A model generated the notes under the pieces. The model did no database searches. It was given only the letters and a program-made list of their open reading frames with translations, and was not told the origin of the DNA. The translations under genes were made by a program, and so were the position numbers. From contig NZ_LT549890.1 in NCBI RefSeq assembly GCF_900079115.1, positions 2,610,001 to 2,642,000 on the forward strand: DNA of 32,000 nt, read 5' to 3'. Below are positions 29,151 through 32,000 of the stretch, in pieces (the first letter of the stretch is position 1; each line of letters opens with the position of its first letter). Source of the DNA: Saccharolobus solfataricus. Its GTDB lineage: Archaea; Thermoproteota; Thermoprotei_A; Sulfolobales; Sulfolobaceae.

Positions 29151-29720
29151 TCAAGACGAACTATACTTCTTCCAAACCCTAACCAAGAGCCTCCAATAAC
29201 CCATGGCGTTCTTCTCTACACTTAAGGTTATGTCCAGAACGGCCCTCTTGCCTTCCTCTGTCACACCAATCGCAGAGAAGGACCCCCTTCCTCCCTTGAG
29301 CTTCACGTACTTCCCATCAACTATTACATACTTGAAATCACCACTCACTTGGATCTCGAGCATCCACAGCTTGGCGTTCAACTTACCTCCTAGCACAGAA
29401 TAGACGGTCATCAGAGCCTTGAACACCTTCTCCTCCCTTAATAACCTTTCCTCCACTTGAGTCTTCACCCTTCCCTTATCACTGTACAGTACGGGTAGTT
29501 CCACTGAGATTCGCTCTAGCTTGTAAATGTCTTCTCTCCCTTTTAACATGATCTTGAATCCCTTGAGGAATCTGTACTTTGCGTAACCTTTCCTTCTTAT
29601 CTTCTTACCCCTCACGTGTTTTGGGCTAGTCTTATCAGCCTCTTCTAAGGCTATTTTCTCAATCTCCTTGACCGATTTGTTTAATAGGGCGTCTTCAGAT
29701 AGTATATTGGGGACGAGCAT
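29151..29720 (-). pseudogene. N-terminal part of the outer IS transposase (frameshifted)
   Basis: The 189-aa ORF continues after a 1-nt frame change as FVLMVVDGTKALDKISLAELQVRRLGCLVHLKRNATEEE (to about 29005). This contains a DG.K.L......C.VH..RN block like IS256/mutator-type transposases. A further upstream piece, METITIEEKALYNLTQ* (from about 29811), suggests another frameshift. Confidence 0.6.
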
Positions 29721-30107
29721 GAGTTTCCGTTGAGATGTTTAAGCTCTTCTATGACCTCACTTCACTGAGTGAGGTTGTAGAGGGCTTTCTCTTCAATTGT
29801 TATGGTTTCCATGATATTACCTCACGCTCGTCTCTTATTAGTATTATCGAAAATGTAGAATCAATTATTCTTATCTGTTTTTAGAGAAACAAATTGAAAT
29901 CGCAAAGGAGCTCTGAATCGCTCTTTAGAATAGAAGACATTGCTTTTATCTTTCCTTTAGAATTAAAAGTCTCTATTTTTAAGGCCCGAGTCAGTTTCGT
30001 ACCTGGTTAGTTTGGTTGTCCTCGGATGTTCTACTTTATAGAAATTCAGCTCCGCATTTTATTAGTGGTATCAGATAACTTATAACAAGAAAAATTTCTT
30101 TAACTAG

Positions 30108-31145
30108 TTAGGTTTTCTGGTCCTTAGCTTTCGGTTTTACTAATGGTTTGGCTTTTTCAACTACGATACCTTGAGGTCGTAATATAAGGATTATTGTTAG
30201 TACAAGTCCAAATAGCATATACTGTAGCCATACTGCATCGAAATGCAGATAATATCCTATTGTCTGCTTATACAAATCGATAACGTGATATAAGGTGGAA
30301 TATATCAGGGCACCTAGCAATGCACCTATTGAAGTCCCTGCGCCTCCCAATATTAGCATTAAATACGGGTTAAATGACCACGTTAAATTATCGAATGCAC
30401 CTGCAAATACTGAACCTATGTAAAAAGCGTAAAGTGATCCTGCTACACCGGCAAGAAATCCTCCCAACGCCATTGCCTTACCTCTGATTACACCTATATC
30501 TCTACCTAAAACTTCTACTAAATCCTCATTTTCTCTAACAGCTCTAAATGCTCTTCCCATTGGAGAGTTTGATATTAAATTGAATAGAAGTAGCATAATT
30601 AGTGAGAATACTAGCAACAATATTGATATCTTGTAATATAAACTAGCTCCTTGACCTAGAAGTGCATTAAAAACAGCGGGAACTTGAACGCCTACTGTAC
30701 CTCCTACTATTGGTGGATAAGTAATCCCTACTACTACTAGTGAAGTCCCAGCTACTAATAGTAATATTCCCAGATAATCTTCTCTTAATCTTAAGGCTGG
30801 ATAGGAGGAAATATAACCTAAGGTTGCTCCGACTATCCCAGCTAGAGCTAAGGTAAGAATTAAAATGGCGAGAGCCATTAATGGTTGTTCAAGCAATTTA
30901 TCGTTTATTTCTGCTATTATAGAGGGATTATTAAGAATATAATCACCGTGAAGTCCATATATTATTTGCAAAATCCTCCCAGGTACTGCTCCAGCTATGA
31001 AGGCTCCTCCAGCATATGCTAGGACTCTACCGAAATTTGGAACTCCAGTTAATCCTATTTCTACATTTAACGATATTACTACCATTAAATATACTGAAAA
31101 GTCTAGGAGTATGGCTAAAATGAGGGAGGAAATATCTACTACCAT
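30108..31145 (-). CDS. livM: Branched-chain amino acid ABC transporter permease, LivM type
   Basis: 345-aa polytopic ORF with a 1-nt overlap with the upstream LivH-type gene. It has a typical LivM N-terminal GLTGVPNFG... segment and a Gly/Ala-rich TM pattern. Confidence 0.85.
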   Translation of the reverse strand: MVVDISSLILAILLDFSVYLMVVISLNVEIGLTGVPNFGRVLAYAGGAFIAGAVPGRILQIIYGLHGDYILNNPSIIAEINDKLLEQPLMALAILILTLALAGIVGATLGYISSYPALRLREDYLGILLLVAGTSLVVVGITYPPIVGGTVGVQVPAVFNALLGQGASLYYKISILLLVFSLIMLLLFNLISNSPMGRAFRAVRENEDLVEVLGRDIGVIRGKAMALGGFLAGVAGSLYAFYIGSVFAGAFDNLTWSFNPYLMLILGGAGTSIGALLGALIYSTLYHVIDLYKQTIGYYLHFDAVWLQYMLFGLVLTIILILRPQGIVVEKAKPLVKPKAKDQKT

Positions 31146-32000
31146 TATTTCACCCTCACTCCCATAATTCCGTTTGGAGCTATCAGGAGAACTGCTGCTA
31201 CTACTATAAGAGGAACCAGTGTTGAATACTGGTTAATAACGAAAGGACTCACTCCTATTAGTGGAGACAGATAGATTGATAATTCAGTCATGATGTATTT
31301 TTCTATGAATCCCTCAATGAATCCACCAATGAATCCACCGAATAGGCTCATTAGACCTCCTAGTACACTTGCTGCGAATATACTTAGTAATATCGAGTAC
31401 GCTAATGTAGGTGAAAATACAAATTGTAGAGGATATAAGGAGCCGGCAGTACTTGCTATACCTCCAGCTAAAAACCAAGAAATCGCCTTAACTAGTTTCG
31501 TGTTTATACCCATGCTTTCAGCTAGTGACGAGTTCTCAACTGTAGCCCTAATGGATATTCCTAATCTAGTCTTATTCAAGAAGATATAAAGTGAGAGTAT
31601 GAATGCTATTGCTAAGATGATGGAAATTAGGAAAACAGCTCTAATCCCTCCTATTTCGTAATCTAAGAATCCTAGCGTTACATCTCTAGATTGCACATTA
31701 TACACATAGCCAAGATAACTTGCATATGCGTTTAATCCTCCATACAGTAAAATGGAAAAGGCTAGAGTAGCAACCATTTGTGATACTAAACCGCCACCTC
31801 TCATACTTAACGGCAGTAACACACCATAGTATTGGAGTAATGCAATTGCCCCACCTAATAAGAATGCGATAGGTAGCGAAATGTACGGATTCTGTTTTAA
31901 GACTTCGGCTATGGTAAAGGTCATATAGGAACCAAACAACAGAAAGATACCGTGAGCGAAATTAGGTACTTTAGTTGTTAAGTAAGTTAAAGTTAGGGAG
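31145..32000 (-). CDS. livH: Branched-chain amino acid ABC transporter permease, LivH type; N-terminus outside the window
   Basis: The track ORF starts at an internal Met. The frame stays open to the window end (SLTLTYLTTKVPNFAHGIFLLFGSYMTF), which includes the LivH N.AHG...GAY-type motif. Confidence 0.85.
   Translation of the reverse strand, partial: SLTLTYLTTKVPNFAHGIFLLFGSYMTFTIAEVLKQNPYISLPIAFLLGGAIALLQYYGVLLPLSMRGGGLVSQMVATLAFSILLYGGLNAYASYLGYVYNVQSRDVTLGFLDYEIGGIRAVFLISIILAIAFILSLYIFLNKTRLGISIRATVENSSLAESMGINTKLVKAISWFLAGGIASTAGSLYPLQFVFSPTLAYSILLSIFAASVLGGLMSLFGGFIGGFIEGFIEKYIMTELSIYLSPLIGVSPFVINQYSTLVPLIVVAAVLLIAPNGIMGVRVK

Larger units (their letters stand above)
27538..29923 (-). 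mobile_element. Second IS (ISC1217- or ISC1173-type; name uncertain), inactivated by an internal IS110-family insertion and by frameshifts
   Basis: The imperfect terminal inverted repeats are GGGCGATTCATGTTTCCATTGCGAATTG at 27539 and, reverse-complemented, GAGCGATTCAGAGCTCCTTTGCGATTTC ending at 29923. Transposase N- and C-terminal pieces lie at the two ends in the same orientation. The total of 2386 bp is roughly one 1.2-kb IS plus one 1.2-kb insert. Confidence 0.6.

Overview
AT-rich crenarchaeal chromosome, very probably Saccharolobus (Sulfolobus) solfataricus or a close relative. That assignment rests on my memory of the Pat acetyltransferase sequence and on the ISC-type insertion sequences; I ran no search.

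Layout from left to right:
- 1-721: an MNT/HEPN toxin-antitoxin pair, cut by the window edge.
- 751-2890: a MITE, a solo IS end, tRNA-Thr(GGU) and a decayed IS200/IS605-type TnpB element with a structured 3' end.
- 2932-5170: a small membrane ORF, a glycoprotein-like secreted protein, the GNAT acetyltransferase Pat and a hypothetical ORF.
- 5514-18162: a redox island. It holds 2-oxoacid:ferredoxin oxidoreductase alpha and beta, a fused EtfB-EtfA with FixC and FixX, and on the other strand a formate dehydrogenase operon (FdhA, a DUF1641-like protein, FdhD and a stand-alone PEP/pyruvate-binding domain protein). A Tat-exported MsrP/YedY-like molybdoenzyme with a small membrane partner follows.
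- 18535-25882: a second MITE, a wHTH regulator, a hypothetical ORF, an MscS channel, a membrane-anchored tandem AAA+ ATPase operon with two membrane proteins, a third MITE, and a creatininase-family plus HExxH mini-peptidase pair.
- 26088-29923: a three-layer IS nest. A 1439-bp IS4-family element with a 9-bp target duplication sits in the terminus of a second IS, which is itself split by a decayed IS110-family element.
- 30108-32000: livM and livH permeases.

I found no CRISPR array or rRNA. The most interesting leads are the non-coding RNA candidates attached to the IS110 and TnpB elements, the uncharacterised AAA+/membrane module, and the OFOR-EtfBA-FixCX neighbourhood.
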